From positions 16,033 through 80,032 of the IMG/VR virus record IMGVR_UViG_2645728093_000001: DNA of 64,000 nucleotides. One strand, 5' to 3'. Origin of the DNA: a virus (Duplodnaviria; Caudoviricetes). The stretch's first letter is position 1. Each line of letters starts with the position of its first letter. Positions 53,050 through 63,585 of the stretch are shown here, in pieces. The notes under the pieces were generated by a model. That model searched no databases. It was not told the DNA's origin and saw nothing but the letters and a program-made list of their open reading frames with translations. The position numbers and the translations under genes are program-made.

Positions 53050-56000
53050 TGCACGGTACCGTGAGAAAATCTCCGGCGCTCCCCGCGCCGGCGCGCTCCA
53101 ACGCGCGTCGTGATCGCCGCGCCGACCGCGCGCGTCGTCCCGTGCTGCACCTCGTCATGCCCGGCCTCGAGGTCGCGCAGGCCGAGCCGCAGCCGCGCGA
53201 GACCGTGACGGCCTTCTTGCGGCGCACGGGTTGGGCGAAGCGGGATCGGGTCTACGGCTGGCAATTCCGGAAGGGATTGCCGACCGTCCTCGAGATCAAC
53301 GGCGAGGCGGTGCTGCGCAAGAGTTGGTCGCGCCGGCGCATCGCGGCTAACGACAATGTTCGGTTCGTCTCCTATCCGCTCGGTGGGGGCGGTGGTGGTG
53401 CCAAGCAAGTCATTGGCATGGTCGCACTCATCGCGGTCGCTGCATTTGCAACCGTGGTGACTGGAGGTGCCGCGGCCGGGCTGCTGGGTTCAGCATTCGC
53501 GGCCGGCACATCCGGCGCGGCGGCCCTTGGAGCTGTCGTCGGCGTCGCTGGATCGCTCCTCATCAATGCTTTGGTAATGCCCAAGGCCGGCGCGACCAAT
53601 ACGCCGGACGCGACGCAGGATCAGATCTATTCGGTCCAGGCGCAGGGCAACGCCGCAAAACTCGGCCAGCCGCTGCCGGTCTGGTACGGGCGGCTCAAGG
53701 CCTATCCGGATTTCGCGGCGACCCCCTGGGGAGAGTTCGTCGGCAACGATCAATTCCTCAATGTGCTGCTGGCGCCGACCATGGGCAGCATGGCCTATGA
53801 GGCACTCTACCTCGACGACACCGTGTTCTGGACGCCGGGTGGCGGTATCTCGGCCTCGTTCCCCGGCGCGCAGGTTGCGTTCTACGAACCAGGCGCGACC
53901 GTCACGCTATTCCCGACCAACGTCGACCAGTCGATCGAAGTCTCCGGCCAGCAGTTGCCCGACGGCGGTGGCGATGAGGGCGGCCAGTACGATGCCGGTT
54001 TCGGCCCGCTGACCTATGGTTCGCCGCTCGGCCCGTTCGTTTCCAACCCCGCCGGCACGCAGACGCAGACGCAGGCGATCGCGATCGACATCGTGTTTCC
54101 GGCGGGATGCTTCACGGTCAATCAGGACAACAGCAACTACGGCTACTCGAGATGCACACTCAAGGCCGAGTATGCGCCTTGCGACGATGCCGGCGTCCAG
54201 ACCGGGCCGTTCTCGACTCTGTTCGAGACCACCAAGCAGTTCAACTCAAACTCTCCTGTCCGTGACACCACGAAGGTAGATGTTGCTCCTGGGCGATACC
54301 TGGTGCGGCTCAGCCGCATGGGCATCAACTCGCAGTCGAAGTACGGCGTCGATACCGTGATTTGGGCCGGGCTTCGGTCCTTCCTCAAGGGCAACAATTC
54401 CTTCCCCGACGTCTCGACCGTGGCGATCCGGCTCAAGGCGTCGCAGTCGACGCAGGGCTCCTACAAATTCGGCGTGCTCGGAACGCGCAAGCTGCTGGTC
54501 TGGACCGGCTCCACGTTCGAGTTGCAGGCCACCCGCAGCAATGCATGGGCGTTCCTGGATGCAGCGACCAATTCGCAATACGGTTCCGGTCTGTCGATCG
54601 CCAAGGTCGATTTCAACGCCGTGGTCAATCATGCTGCTGGCTGCGCGTCCCGCGGCGATACCTTCGATTATCGGTTCTCGGCCGCGATCGCGGTGCCGGA
54701 GGCGCTCGACAAGATCCTGACTGCCTCGCGCGCGCGGCATTTCTGGCTCGGGGACACGATCTCGATCGTGCGCGACGAATGGCGCGACGTGCCGACCATG
54801 CTGCTCACCGATCGCGAGATCGTGCGCGACTCGACGCAGGTCGGGTTCACGATGCTGGGGGATGAGGACCCTGACGCGGTCATCGTCGAATATGTTGACG
54901 AGCAGACCTGGCTACCGGGACAAGTGCAGTATCCGCCGAACGGCGACGGCTTTGTCGCGGCGAATGCCGAGACCAAGCGCATCGACGGCGTCGTCAATCG
55001 GGCACACGCGTTTCGCGAGTGCGCGTTCTATTACCTTCAGTCGATTTACCGGCGCGAGACTGTCCAGATCGGTGTCGAATATGAGGGGCGCGCGATCACC
55101 TTCGGCCAGGTGCTCCGCGTCCAGTCCGAGTTGCCGCAGAATTACGGCTATGGCGGCGCGGTGGTCGATGTCAACGTCCCGACCCTGACCCTCGACCCTG
55201 CGCCGGCATGGGATACGGGGCCGTTCTATATCCGCCTGCGCCAACCGAGCGGTCAGTCGTTCGGCCCGGTGCTGTGCACTGAGGGCGCCGATCCCTCGCT
55301 CGCCGTGCTGAATGCGACCAGCCTGTCGGCTGCGGAAACGGCGCAGGCGACCACGTTGTCGGCCGTGCTGGCGCGCGAGGCTGGCGGCGAATATCCCTCG
55401 TTCGAGCTCGGCACCGGCGTCAGCGAATCCCGCCTCTGTGTCGTGCTGGGCGGCGTTCCCAGCGGGGAATTGTGCACGCTCTCGCTGGTGGTCGACGACG
55501 AGCGGGTGCACGCGACCGATCTCGGTGTGCCGCCTCTGCTGCCGTCGCCACAATTCCCGTCCGATAGCAAGGTGCCGCTGGTTGTCGGTATCAATGCTAG
55601 TTTCGGGCAGGGGATCGCCGAGCCGAAGCTCTCGGCGAGCTGGTTTCCGTCCGCCGGCGCCGAGTACTACGTCGCCGACATCTCCTATGACGCCGGTGAG
55701 ACTTGGGCGCAGGTGTATGAGGGCGCGGATAACAGGTTCGACCAGGTGGTCACGCTGGCGGCGCTGCGGGTGCGCGTCCAGGCAATCACGCCCGGCAAGC
55801 TGCGCGGCCCTTACGCGACAGCCGACGTCTCCGCCCCGACGATCACGATCGCGAACAACACGGTCGCTTTGGAGTCGCTGATCGAAGGCATCAGGTACCA
55901 GGTTACGGCGCTTCAGGACGCGTTGCGCGATGAGGTCAATGAAGCCCTGAACCGTATCGCGTCTGTTGCGTCTGACGTCGCCGCGCGCGCGCCGCTGGAT

Positions 56001-56930
56001 AAGCAGGATCTACGCTCGCAGCTCGCGGCGCGTTCGGCAGATGCGCTGGCGCAAATCGATGATGTGCGCGAGGTCGCGGTCACGACCGAGGCGGCCTATG
56101 CGTCGTTCTCGACGACCGCGAGCGCGACATGGGGGTCGACGACGGCGTTTGTAGAGAATAGCGCCGCCGCTATCGCCACGCTCGACGGCTATGCCGCGGC
56201 ATCATATGCGGTGACGCTCAACGTCGACGGTTACGTCACGGGCTTGAGCCTGGTGAACGGCGGCAGCGGCGTCTCCACTTTCACTGTCGTCTCCGACAAA
56301 TTCCAGATCCAGTTGCCTGCCTACAATGGCGGCGCGCCGGTGCCAGTGTTCACGGTCGGAACTCTCAACGGGGTTCCGGCAATCGGGATGAGTGGAAACC
56401 TGTACCTCGATGGCACCTTCAACGTGAAGGCCATCGGGGCAGGCCAGATCGACGTCATCTATCTGAAGGCAAACTCGATCGACTCCGCATCGGGCGTGAT
56501 CAAGGCTCTCGGCGTCAAATCGCTCAGCATCGGCGACAATGCGGTAACGGTGCCGGTCGTGCAGAACCTGGTGGCCAATCTTTTCGGCGGCGGGCTCAAA
56601 AACTATTTCAGCTTCAATGTATCAATCGACACGACAGGCTTGTCGGGAAAGCCGATCCCGCTCTTGGTTGTGCTCAATGCCAAGTGGGCGAACGGTGGTC
56701 CTGCTACTGAAACAGGTCAATTCGATCTAGTGGTCAACGGCTCTATTGTTGACACCTATACGGTAACCGTCGGTTCGGGGGCGTTCGCGTTCATTCTGTC
56801 TAGCGTCCCAGTTAATTTCACCGGCACCGGGGGCACGCTAACGATACCTGTCGTTGCCCGGTTCACCGCTGGCGTGAACACGGCGATGACGGCCGGCAGC
56901 ACGATCTCTGCAATGGCAGCGAAACGATGA
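53049..56930 (+). CDS. Central tail tip / host-specificity protein (J-like)
   Basis: GQPLPVWYG...YPD; 1293 aa; DUF1983-like region NVDGYVTGL...DKFQI. Confidence 0.88.
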   Translation: MHGTVRKSPALPAPARSNARRDRRADRARRPVLHLVMPGLEVAQAEPQPRETVTAFLRRTGWAKRDRVYGWQFRKGLPTVLEINGEAVLRKSWSRRRIAANDNVRFVSYPLGGGGGGAKQVIGMVALIAVAAFATVVTGGAAAGLLGSAFAAGTSGAAALGAVVGVAGSLLINALVMPKAGATNTPDATQDQIYSVQAQGNAAKLGQPLPVWYGRLKAYPDFAATPWGEFVGNDQFLNVLLAPTMGSMAYEALYLDDTVFWTPGGGISASFPGAQVAFYEPGATVTLFPTNVDQSIEVSGQQLPDGGGDEGGQYDAGFGPLTYGSPLGPFVSNPAGTQTQTQAIAIDIVFPAGCFTVNQDNSNYGYSRCTLKAEYAPCDDAGVQTGPFSTLFETTKQFNSNSPVRDTTKVDVAPGRYLVRLSRMGINSQSKYGVDTVIWAGLRSFLKGNNSFPDVSTVAIRLKASQSTQGSYKFGVLGTRKLLVWTGSTFELQATRSNAWAFLDAATNSQYGSGLSIAKVDFNAVVNHAAGCASRGDTFDYRFSAAIAVPEALDKILTASRARHFWLGDTISIVRDEWRDVPTMLLTDREIVRDSTQVGFTMLGDEDPDAVIVEYVDEQTWLPGQVQYPPNGDGFVAANAETKRIDGVVNRAHAFRECAFYYLQSIYRRETVQIGVEYEGRAITFGQVLRVQSELPQNYGYGGAVVDVNVPTLTLDPAPAWDTGPFYIRLRQPSGQSFGPVLCTEGADPSLAVLNATSLSAAETAQATTLSAVLAREAGGEYPSFELGTGVSESRLCVVLGGVPSGELCTLSLVVDDERVHATDLGVPPLLPSPQFPSDSKVPLVVGINASFGQGIAEPKLSASWFPSAGAEYYVADISYDAGETWAQVYEGADNRFDQVVTLAALRVRVQAITPGKLRGPYATADVSAPTITIANNTVALESLIEGIRYQVTALQDALRDEVNEALNRIASVASDVAARAPLDKQDLRSQLAARSADALAQIDDVREVAVTTEAAYASFSTTASATWGSTTAFVENSAAAIATLDGYAAASYAVTLNVDGYVTGLSLVNGGSGVSTFTVVSDKFQIQLPAYNGGAPVPVFTVGTLNGVPAIGMSGNLYLDGTFNVKAIGAGQIDVIYLKANSIDSASGVIKALGVKSLSIGDNAVTVPVVQNLVANLFGGGLKNYFSFNVSIDTTGLSGKPIPLLVVLNAKWANGGPATETGQFDLVVNGSIVDTYTVTVGSGAFAFILSSVPVNFTGTGGTLTIPVVARFTAGVNTAMTAGSTISAMAAKR

Positions 56931-57373
56931 ACATTCATTACAACGGCACGACCGGCCAAATCATGTCCTACGGTTTCGGGGCAGACCACGGCGACGGGTT
57001 TGAAGACAGTCATTTTCCCGGCTGCAAAGTTGCGATCATTCCAGATCAGCCGATCGATGCCAGGACGCAGAGATTTGACGCTGGCACGTGGAAAGTCGTC
57101 GACAAGGACGTGCCGGATCCTCCTCCGGATCGGATGTGGCAGGTGCGGGGCGCCGTGATCTCCGAACTGACCGAAACTGACAGGTTTGTCTTGCCAGATT
57201 TTCCGATCTCCGAGACGGCGCGCGCTGCCTGGGTTGACTATCGCAAGGCGCTCAGGGACTCGTCGAAGGGCCGCGCCACGCCGGCGGACGTACTCTCGGT
57301 CATTCCTTCCCGTCCGGATGGCGTCGACGGTTTTCAATGGCTGCGATCGCAACTAGCCGCGCCGGGCGCCTGA
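56927..57373 (+). CDS. Tail fibre assembly chaperone-like protein
   Basis: ETDRFVLPDFP...WVDYRKALRD. Confidence 0.7.
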   Translation: MNIHYNGTTGQIMSYGFGADHGDGFEDSHFPGCKVAIIPDQPIDARTQRFDAGTWKVVDKDVPDPPPDRMWQVRGAVISELTETDRFVLPDFPISETARAAWVDYRKALRDSSKGRATPADVLSVIPSRPDGVDGFQWLRSQLAAPGA

Positions 57374-57404
57374 TTAATTTCCAGTTCTCGAAAATGGTGA
57401 AGCG

Positions 57405-59090
57405 ATGACAGCGCTTGCGAGCTACTCGACCGGCACAGTTTCCGTAGCCTCTGGCGGAACGACCGTCACGGGCGTCGGCGCGATCTGGTCGGACGCGAAC
57501 GCGCGGCCCGGCGATATCTTGCAAATCGGCAACTTCCAGTCGGTCATTACCGATAAAACGGATACGACGCACCTAGTCATTCCGCCGTGGGGCGGCGGAG
57601 CGCAGGTCGGCGTCGCATACAAGATTTGGCAAGTCTCGCCGCAGCGATTTGCCGGCGCAGAGGCGATGGCGACGGTCAACAAACTGGTCGCAGCACTCGA
57701 TGCGCGCGAGATCCCGATCGTCGTCGGCGATGACGAGACAGAGCCGGATCCGTCGCTCGGAGAAGAGAGCCAGACCGCAATACAGCCGACGACCGGCAAA
57801 GTGTGGGTGATGACCGGCGGGGTCTGGGTTTTCCTCGGAATCTACAAGGCGTTCAGGCCGCGCGGCGCCTATGACAATGCCGCGACCTATTATTACGGCG
57901 ATGTGCAGACGACTTCGGGATCGTCCTACATCTATATCAACGAAACGCCGAGCGCCGGCCATGGGGCGCCGAACGCGACCTATTGGGAATTGCTGGCCGC
58001 GAAGGGTGATCCCGGCAGCACGGGCGCAACCGGCGCCGGTTACGGCGGCACCTCCGCGACGTCGCGGACGATCGGGACCGGATCGCAGGCATTCGCGACG
58101 CAGGCCGGCCTTGCCTATCAGAACGGGGCGCGGGTTCGGGCGACGTCGAACAGCGACACGACGAAATGGATGGAAGGCGTCGCGACCTACAGCGGCACGG
58201 CGCTTACCATCGCCGTCGACAATATCAACGGCAGCGGAACGTTCGCCGATTGGAATTTCAATATTGCGGGTCAGGTGGGGACTGCTGTGGGCGCTCTGCT
58301 TGCGGCCAACAACCTCGCGGACGTCGCCGACATCGCCGCTGCGTTTCGGAACCTCGGCGGCTTTGACCTGTCGACTGTGGTGAACCTGACCGCCGCCTCG
58401 ACTCTGACCGCGTCTGCCTTCGGTAAGCTGCATTTTATCACCGGGACGGCCGCCTTTGCCACGACACTGCCGACGCCGGTCGGAAATGCAGGCAAGTTGA
58501 TCGGCTTCATCGTCGGTGCGGTGGCGAGCGCGAGCAAGCTGTTCACACTGACGACGCCGGCCGGAGCGATCGGCCGCTCGGGCTCAAGTATCGTCATGTG
58601 GGCCAATGAGAGTGTGCTGCTGCGCTCTAACGGTTCGGATTGGGAGGTGCTTCAATCAAAGCAAATTCCGTTCGTTGGTAGCCTGTCGACCACAACTGAC
58701 GGGGCGATCTCGGCGACCTTCACGGCCTGCCAACTGACGACTCCCTCGGGCGACCGGACAGGTCTCAACCTAGCGTACGACGCCACGAATAAGACGTTCA
58801 AGGCTCCGCGCACGTCGTCGTATCAGTTCAACGGTTACGCCTACCAGACGCAGACCGGCGGCACCTCGACGAACCAGATGCAGCTGGTTGTGAGCGGAGG
58901 GGCGCTCGGCGGCGTCTACTCGTGGACGGGGAGCGTCAACGCAGGGACCATCTACGGATCTGCGCTGTTCTCCGTCAACGCCGGTCAGAACGTGTTGATG
59001 CTGGGCCGAGGCGACGGAAGCTCACCCAAGTTCGCGGCCTCTCTCGTTCCTGCGTACCTCGACTACGCGGAAATGTGCCCGTCATGGTGA
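57405..59090 (+). CDS. Tail fibre protein
   Basis: YSTGTVSV...VTGVG..W; short G-X-Y stretch KGDPGSTGATGAG; NNLADV. Confidence 0.8.
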   Translation: MTALASYSTGTVSVASGGTTVTGVGAIWSDANARPGDILQIGNFQSVITDKTDTTHLVIPPWGGGAQVGVAYKIWQVSPQRFAGAEAMATVNKLVAALDAREIPIVVGDDETEPDPSLGEESQTAIQPTTGKVWVMTGGVWVFLGIYKAFRPRGAYDNAATYYYGDVQTTSGSSYIYINETPSAGHGAPNATYWELLAAKGDPGSTGATGAGYGGTSATSRTIGTGSQAFATQAGLAYQNGARVRATSNSDTTKWMEGVATYSGTALTIAVDNINGSGTFADWNFNIAGQVGTAVGALLAANNLADVADIAAAFRNLGGFDLSTVVNLTAASTLTASAFGKLHFITGTAAFATTLPTPVGNAGKLIGFIVGAVASASKLFTLTTPAGAIGRSGSSIVMWANESVLLRSNGSDWEVLQSKQIPFVGSLSTTTDGAISATFTACQLTTPSGDRTGLNLAYDATNKTFKAPRTSSYQFNGYAYQTQTGGTSTNQMQLVVSGGALGGVYSWTGSVNAGTIYGSALFSVNAGQNVLMLGRGDGSSPKFAASLVPAYLDYAEMCPSW

Positions 59091-59112
59091 ATTCTATCAG
59101 TGGGGGGGCGCT

Positions 59113-60156
59113 GTGTTTTTCTTAGGGGCGCAACGCGCGATCGCGTCAGCCGGCGGCTCAGAATATCCGCCGCCGGGCTCGACACCTGGCAGCTACGCAG
59201 CGAACAATGCTGCGATCGCCTATACCGATTGCGTCGCGCCGACATTCGTGAACGGTTGGGCAAGATTCAGGCGGCCGATCGACGACGCGGGGTCCGATTA
59301 TCAGTATGCCATGCCTGGCGCGCGGCAGCGCTTTCGCTCGACTGCGCCAAGCGTGACGGCGAAGCTGCGCTGGAACGGCCTGATCACTCGGACCGATGCG
59401 CGCAATCTGATCGGTCACGTCTTTGTCGACGGCGTATTCAATCGGGATTTCCAGACGCCGGCTGCCATCAACGCCGTGACCGAGGGCGCGCTTGTGCTCA
59501 ACATGGGGACCAGCGCTGACCGTCTCTACGAAATAATCCTGCCTTACGCCGACGGCGTCGAATTTGGTGAGATCCAGATAGATCCTGCCTACGCTGTCAC
59601 GGCCGCCGCGGCTCGCACCGGGCCGCTCATGGTCTGTTTGGGGGACAGTATCACGCAGCCATTTTTGGCAACTGACGTGAGACGGGGCTGGCCGTTCCTG
59701 CTCGCGCAAGCGAGGGGCTACCGTTGCATCAACATGGGTTATGGCGGCCGTGTGGCCGTCCCTGGCGATGGGACGATCGTTGCGAACCTGAATCCCGACC
59801 TGATCACGGTGATGCTGGGAACGAACGAGTTCCTCAGTCAAATCGATCCCGCGACCTACAAAGCAAACTTGAAGGCGCTTCTGATGAATATCCACGCGGT
59901 TAAACCAACCGTCCCGGTGTGCGTTTCAGCGCCCATCTCGACGACGGCGACGCGCACCATCCCTTACAGCAGCTACGAGGCTGTTGCGGGCCAGTGTATC
60001 ACCGAGCTGGGTTACTCTCAGCTTATCGGCGTCGACAAAGCGACGCTGATCACCAACACGGCCACGCAGCTTGGTCCTGATGGGATCCATCCCAACGACG
60101 CCGGCAATGCTCAGATGAAGACCGGCTGGAACGCGGCAATCCCGGCGATCCCTTAG
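59113..60156 (+). CDS. SGNH/GDSL hydrolase
   Basis: LGDSIT, NMGYGG, LGTNE, DGIHPN. Confidence 0.88.
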   Translation: MFFLGAQRAIASAGGSEYPPPGSTPGSYAANNAAIAYTDCVAPTFVNGWARFRRPIDDAGSDYQYAMPGARQRFRSTAPSVTAKLRWNGLITRTDARNLIGHVFVDGVFNRDFQTPAAINAVTEGALVLNMGTSADRLYEIILPYADGVEFGEIQIDPAYAVTAAAARTGPLMVCLGDSITQPFLATDVRRGWPFLLAQARGYRCINMGYGGRVAVPGDGTIVANLNPDLITVMLGTNEFLSQIDPATYKANLKALLMNIHAVKPTVPVCVSAPISTTATRTIPYSSYEAVAGQCITELGYSQLIGVDKATLITNTATQLGPDGIHPNDAGNAQMKTGWNAAIPAIP

Positions 60157-60935
60157 TTCAGGGATGATCGGCCTGCGTCGGTCATGGGCTCGCACCCCAA
60201 GGCTTTCCGCATCCCGCGTACAACACTTGCCACCCAGATGTCATATGCCTGGCTGGAAAGATGAACTCCGTCGATCGTTGCGGAGGGAAGGTCCGCTTGA
60301 TCAATCGCGTCGCGAACGTGGATAAGGGTGGCGCCATATTTATTGGCGAGACGACCGACGTCAGCGTTCAATTCGGAGACGATACTTGGATCGAAGCCTG
60401 CCGCGTGCGTGAGCGGACCATCAGCTGCGATCGAAGGGACCGTCACAACAGCGAGGCGCGGCGAGAGGGCCGAGGCCTCCTTGAGCAATGCGTCGTAGCT
60501 GTTCGCGAAGCCGTCATCGCCCTCCGGGACCGGGTGAGCGTCGTTGGTTCCCAGGGCGAGCACGATCAGCGCTGGGGAGGTGCCATTGAGCAGGGCGCTA
60601 ATGGTCTTGGCTGCGAAATTCGCATCTGCTCCGCCAATGCCGGCGTTAACCACGGTATGACCGCAGATGGCTTTCGGCAGCGGCGCGGCTTCCGTGATGC
60701 TGTCTCCGAGCACGACCACGGGGCCAACCCGCCGAAGTTCTTGACGGATCATAAACTGTCGCACATCGGAATGCTCATGTCCGCTTGCCGGTTTGAGCCG
60801 GTCCAAGCGGTTGGTTAGGGCGACGATATCGCTTTTGGCTTTCCGAAGCTGATCACGCGACATGACGAGCCCGGTCGCGCCCAGGGCGACCGCTATGGCG
60901 ACACCGCTCAGTAGAATTGTTCGTCCCCAGCGCAT
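60153..60935 (-). CDS. Membrane-anchored SGNH/GDSL hydrolase (antisense moron)
   Basis: N-terminal hydrophobic segment; LGDSIT, NAGIGG, LGTND, DGVHL. Confidence 0.88.
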   Translation of the reverse strand: MRWGRTILLSGVAIAVALGATGLVMSRDQLRKAKSDIVALTNRLDRLKPASGHEHSDVRQFMIRQELRRVGPVVVLGDSITEAAPLPKAICGHTVVNAGIGGADANFAAKTISALLNGTSPALIVLALGTNDAHPVPEGDDGFANSYDALLKEASALSPRLAVVTVPSIAADGPLTHAAGFDPSIVSELNADVGRLANKYGATLIHVRDAIDQADLPSATIDGVHLSSQAYDIWVASVVRGMRKALGCEPMTDAGRSSLN

Positions 60936-61080
60936 TGCGGGGCGACACTATCCCACCACAACCCATCCGAGCAAGTGCGCCCGGGGCGCTCTCCACCATA
61001 AGTAGCAGGGTCGCCCGTTAACCAAGGTTAACGCGCTGCGCCGCTTCCGTTTTTCCCGACACCCGCTGGAGGCTTCCCAC

Positions 61081-62298
61081 ATGCTTGACTTGCATGGCAT
61101 TTCGCGTGCCGCGTTCGATCTCGTCGTCGCCGAGGAGGTGACGAGCCGGGACTGGTACGAAAAGAAGTACCGCCACGTGCTGGAATATCCCGGCCAGCAG
61201 TCCGGGCCGACCGGCGGCATCGGCTACGATTTCGGCACGCAGACCAAGGCGCAGATCCGGGCCGACTGGGCCGACAAGGTCGACGCCGGCATGCTCCGGA
61301 TCATGCTGGCGGCGTCCGGGGTGCGCGGCGAGGCGGCGAGGGCCTATTCGCGCCAGACGCAGGGGCAGGTCGATATCCCCTGGGACGTCGCGCTCGATGT
61401 CTTCAGCAATCACGACCTGCCGCGCTACCTCGGCATCCTGGACCATTACTGCCCCGGCGCGGACCGGCTCGGTCCGGACTGCCGGGGCGCGCTGTTCTCG
61501 ATCGCGCAGAACCGTGACGCCGCGGGTTTCGTCAAGGCCGGGGCGCGCTATGCCGAGATGCGCGAGATCCGCGCCTGCGTGGCGAGCGGCGATCTCGCCC
61601 GCATTCCCGGCCGGATCCGCTCGATGAAACGGCTGTGGCCGCCGACCAATGGCGTCTACAAGCGGCGCGAGCATGAGGCCGTTGAGCGCGGGCTCGCCGA
61701 ACATCATCCGGAGCAGCACGCAAGACTCGAGGTGACGCCGCCGGCGCCGGACCCGGACCTGGTCGTGCAGGTCCAGACGCGGCTGCGCGAGCTTGGCTAT
61801 TACGACACCGGCGCCGTCGACGGCCAGCTGGTGCCGAAGGGACGGACCGAGGCGGCCATCCTCGCGTTTCGCCATGAGCATGATCTGCCGCTCGTCCCCG
61901 GCATTGATGACGATCTGCTCGCCGCGATGGCGCGGGCCGAGCCGCGGCAGGTCTCCGAGATCCGCAGCAACGCGACCGCGAGCGATCTGCGCGAGCAGGG
62001 CTCGGAGACGATCGCCATCACCGACCAGGTCAAGGGCTGGGCCGGCAAGCTGTTCGGCAGCTCCTCGACGCTCGGCGTCACCGGCCTGCTGGCGTGGATC
62101 ACCGACAAGGCCACGGCGTTCTCCGGCGCCAAGGATGCGGTTGGCGGCCTCGGCATCCCGCCGGCGGCGATCGCCTGGCTGCTCGCGGCCGTCGTGGTGC
62201 TCGCGCTCGTCGCCGGCCTCGGCGTGCTGATCTGGTTCGTCGCGCACAAGGTCGAGATCAAGCGCGTCGCCGACTACCGCGCGGGCAAGAACACATGA
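61081..62298 (+). CDS. Endolysin: lysozyme-like domain, peptidoglycan-binding domain and C-terminal hydrophobic segments
   Basis: EE...YPGQQSGPTGGIGYDFG...KRREHEA; VQTRLRELGYY..GAVDG...T..AILAF. Confidence 0.85.
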   Translation: MLDLHGISRAAFDLVVAEEVTSRDWYEKKYRHVLEYPGQQSGPTGGIGYDFGTQTKAQIRADWADKVDAGMLRIMLAASGVRGEAARAYSRQTQGQVDIPWDVALDVFSNHDLPRYLGILDHYCPGADRLGPDCRGALFSIAQNRDAAGFVKAGARYAEMREIRACVASGDLARIPGRIRSMKRLWPPTNGVYKRREHEAVERGLAEHHPEQHARLEVTPPAPDPDLVVQVQTRLRELGYYDTGAVDGQLVPKGRTEAAILAFRHEHDLPLVPGIDDDLLAAMARAEPRQVSEIRSNATASDLREQGSETIAITDQVKGWAGKLFGSSSTLGVTGLLAWITDKATAFSGAKDAVGGLGIPPAAIAWLLAAVVVLALVAGLGVLIWFVAHKVEIKRVADYRAGKNT

Positions 62299-62804
62299 GC
62301 AGCGCCATCATCGCCACGATCGTGCGGCTCGCCGGACTTGCCGGCGTCAAGCTGTCGCCGTTTTGGGCCGGCGCGGCGCTCGCCGGCGCTCTCGCGCTGA
62401 TCGTCGTCGCCGGCGCCACGGCCGCCGGCGTGCATCTCTTCAACGCGGGCTATGCGGTCGCGGACGGCGCCTGGCGCGAGAAGGCGCTCGACGCGCAGCT
62501 CGCAGCCGCGCGCAAGGATCTCCTCGAGGCCAACCGGGCGGCGGGCGACGCCGCACTGCGGGTGAAGGCCATCGAGCAACGGGCGGAGCAGGAAAAGGCG
62601 GGGACCGATGCCTATGTCGACGAGCTGGAAAAACGGAATGCGGCGCTGGTGGCGGCCGGCAAGCCGAATGTGTGCGGCCTCACTTGCGATGATCTGCGCG
62701 GGATGCGCATCAAATCCGCTGCCTGCACCGCTCCACCGGGATCTGCCGGCGGTATCGGCGCAGATCTTCGCGCCCGTGCGCGATCCCTCCGCAAGCCTCA
62801 ATAG
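62295..62804 (+). CDS. Rz-like inner-membrane spanin
   Basis: N-terminal TM segment, coiled coil, C-terminal Cys; follows the lysin. Confidence 0.7.
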   Translation: MSSAIIATIVRLAGLAGVKLSPFWAGAALAGALALIVVAGATAAGVHLFNAGYAVADGAWREKALDAQLAAARKDLLEANRAAGDAALRVKAIEQRAEQEKAGTDAYVDELEKRNAALVAAGKPNVCGLTCDDLRGMRIKSAACTAPPGSAGGIGADLRARARSLRKPQ

Positions 62805-62925
62805 CGACGCGCGCGAGCGCCTGGCGCGCACGCGCGATGCGTTGAAAGAGGCGAATGACCGGCTCGAGCAGGCGCGCGCCTGGTACGACGGCGTGCGGCA
62901 GAGCTACAGCGAGGGGGCGAAGTGA
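62638..62925 (+). CDS. Rz1-like outer-membrane spanin lipoprotein
   Basis: Overlaps Rz in another frame; lipobox-like CAGC followed by Pro-rich segment. Confidence 0.65.
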   Translation: MRRWWRPASRMCAASLAMICAGCASNPLPAPLHRDLPAVSAQIFAPVRDPSASLNSDARERLARTRDALKEANDRLEQARAWYDGVRQSYSEGAK

Positions 62926-63293
62926 CCGAGGCTGAATCAACACAAGCGGCGCTTTTGAAGATGGCGCAGACGATCGGCGGTCTGGTGGCCTCGGTTGATA
63001 CGTTGACGCGGCAATGGCGCGACCAGGACGAGAAAGCCTCGCTGGGTCGACGCGATCTGCATCAGAAGATCGATGCTTTCGTCGGCGATCTGCGCCGTCT
63101 CGAGGGGCTGATCGAGAAGGCGATTACCGACATCGCGATCATGAAGCCGATCGTCAACGGCGTCGCCGAGGCCCGGCAGCAGATCGCCGGTGCTGCCAAG
63201 GCGGGGCGCTGGATCTATTGGGTAGCGACCGGCGGTGGCGGCGCGGCCGTGCTGTGGGTCGCCTCGCATTTCGTCACGGTGGGGTGGAAATGA
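62922..63293 (+). CDS. Holin-like / coiled-coil protein with C-terminal TM segment
   Basis: ASLGRRDLHQKID; C-terminal hydrophobic segment; in lysis module. Confidence 0.55.
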   Translation: MTEAESTQAALLKMAQTIGGLVASVDTLTRQWRDQDEKASLGRRDLHQKIDAFVGDLRRLEGLIEKAITDIAIMKPIVNGVAEARQQIAGAAKAGRWIYWVATGGGGAAVLWVASHFVTVGWK

Positions 63294-63529
63294 AAATCGA
63301 ACCGCAGATCCTGCGTCACGGCCTCGACCAGGCCGCGTTCGGCGTGGCCTCCATCAAGCTCCTGGTCGCGTTCGCGATCGTCATCGCGCTGCTGTCGTTG
63401 TTCGCGGCGATCGGCGAGCTGCGCCGGCAGCGGTCGAGCTCGGCCGCAGGCTGGCTCGCCGGCGCTGCGCTCGTGGCGGCAATGGGCGCGGCCATTCTCG
63501 TCGGCAGCGTGACGGCGACTTACGCCTGA
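63290..63529 (+). CDS. Small two-TM membrane protein
   Basis: ATGA-coupled; two hydrophobic segments. Confidence 0.55.
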   Translation: MKIEPQILRHGLDQAAFGVASIKLLVAFAIVIALLSLFAAIGELRRQRSSSAAGWLAGAALVAAMGAAILVGSVTATYA

Positions 63530-63585
63530 CTTTGTACGCGTCCGGCCGGCTGCGGGTTCGTTCCGTGAAAGGAGGGCGTCGTCGT

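Noticed and set aside
54057-54075. ACGCAG x3 microrepeat in the tail tip gene
   Set aside because: In-frame TQTQTQ; too short to imply phase variation
53049-59090. Diversity-generating retroelement or invertible tail-fibre system
   Set aside because: No reverse transcriptase, invertase or TR/VR repeat pair seen
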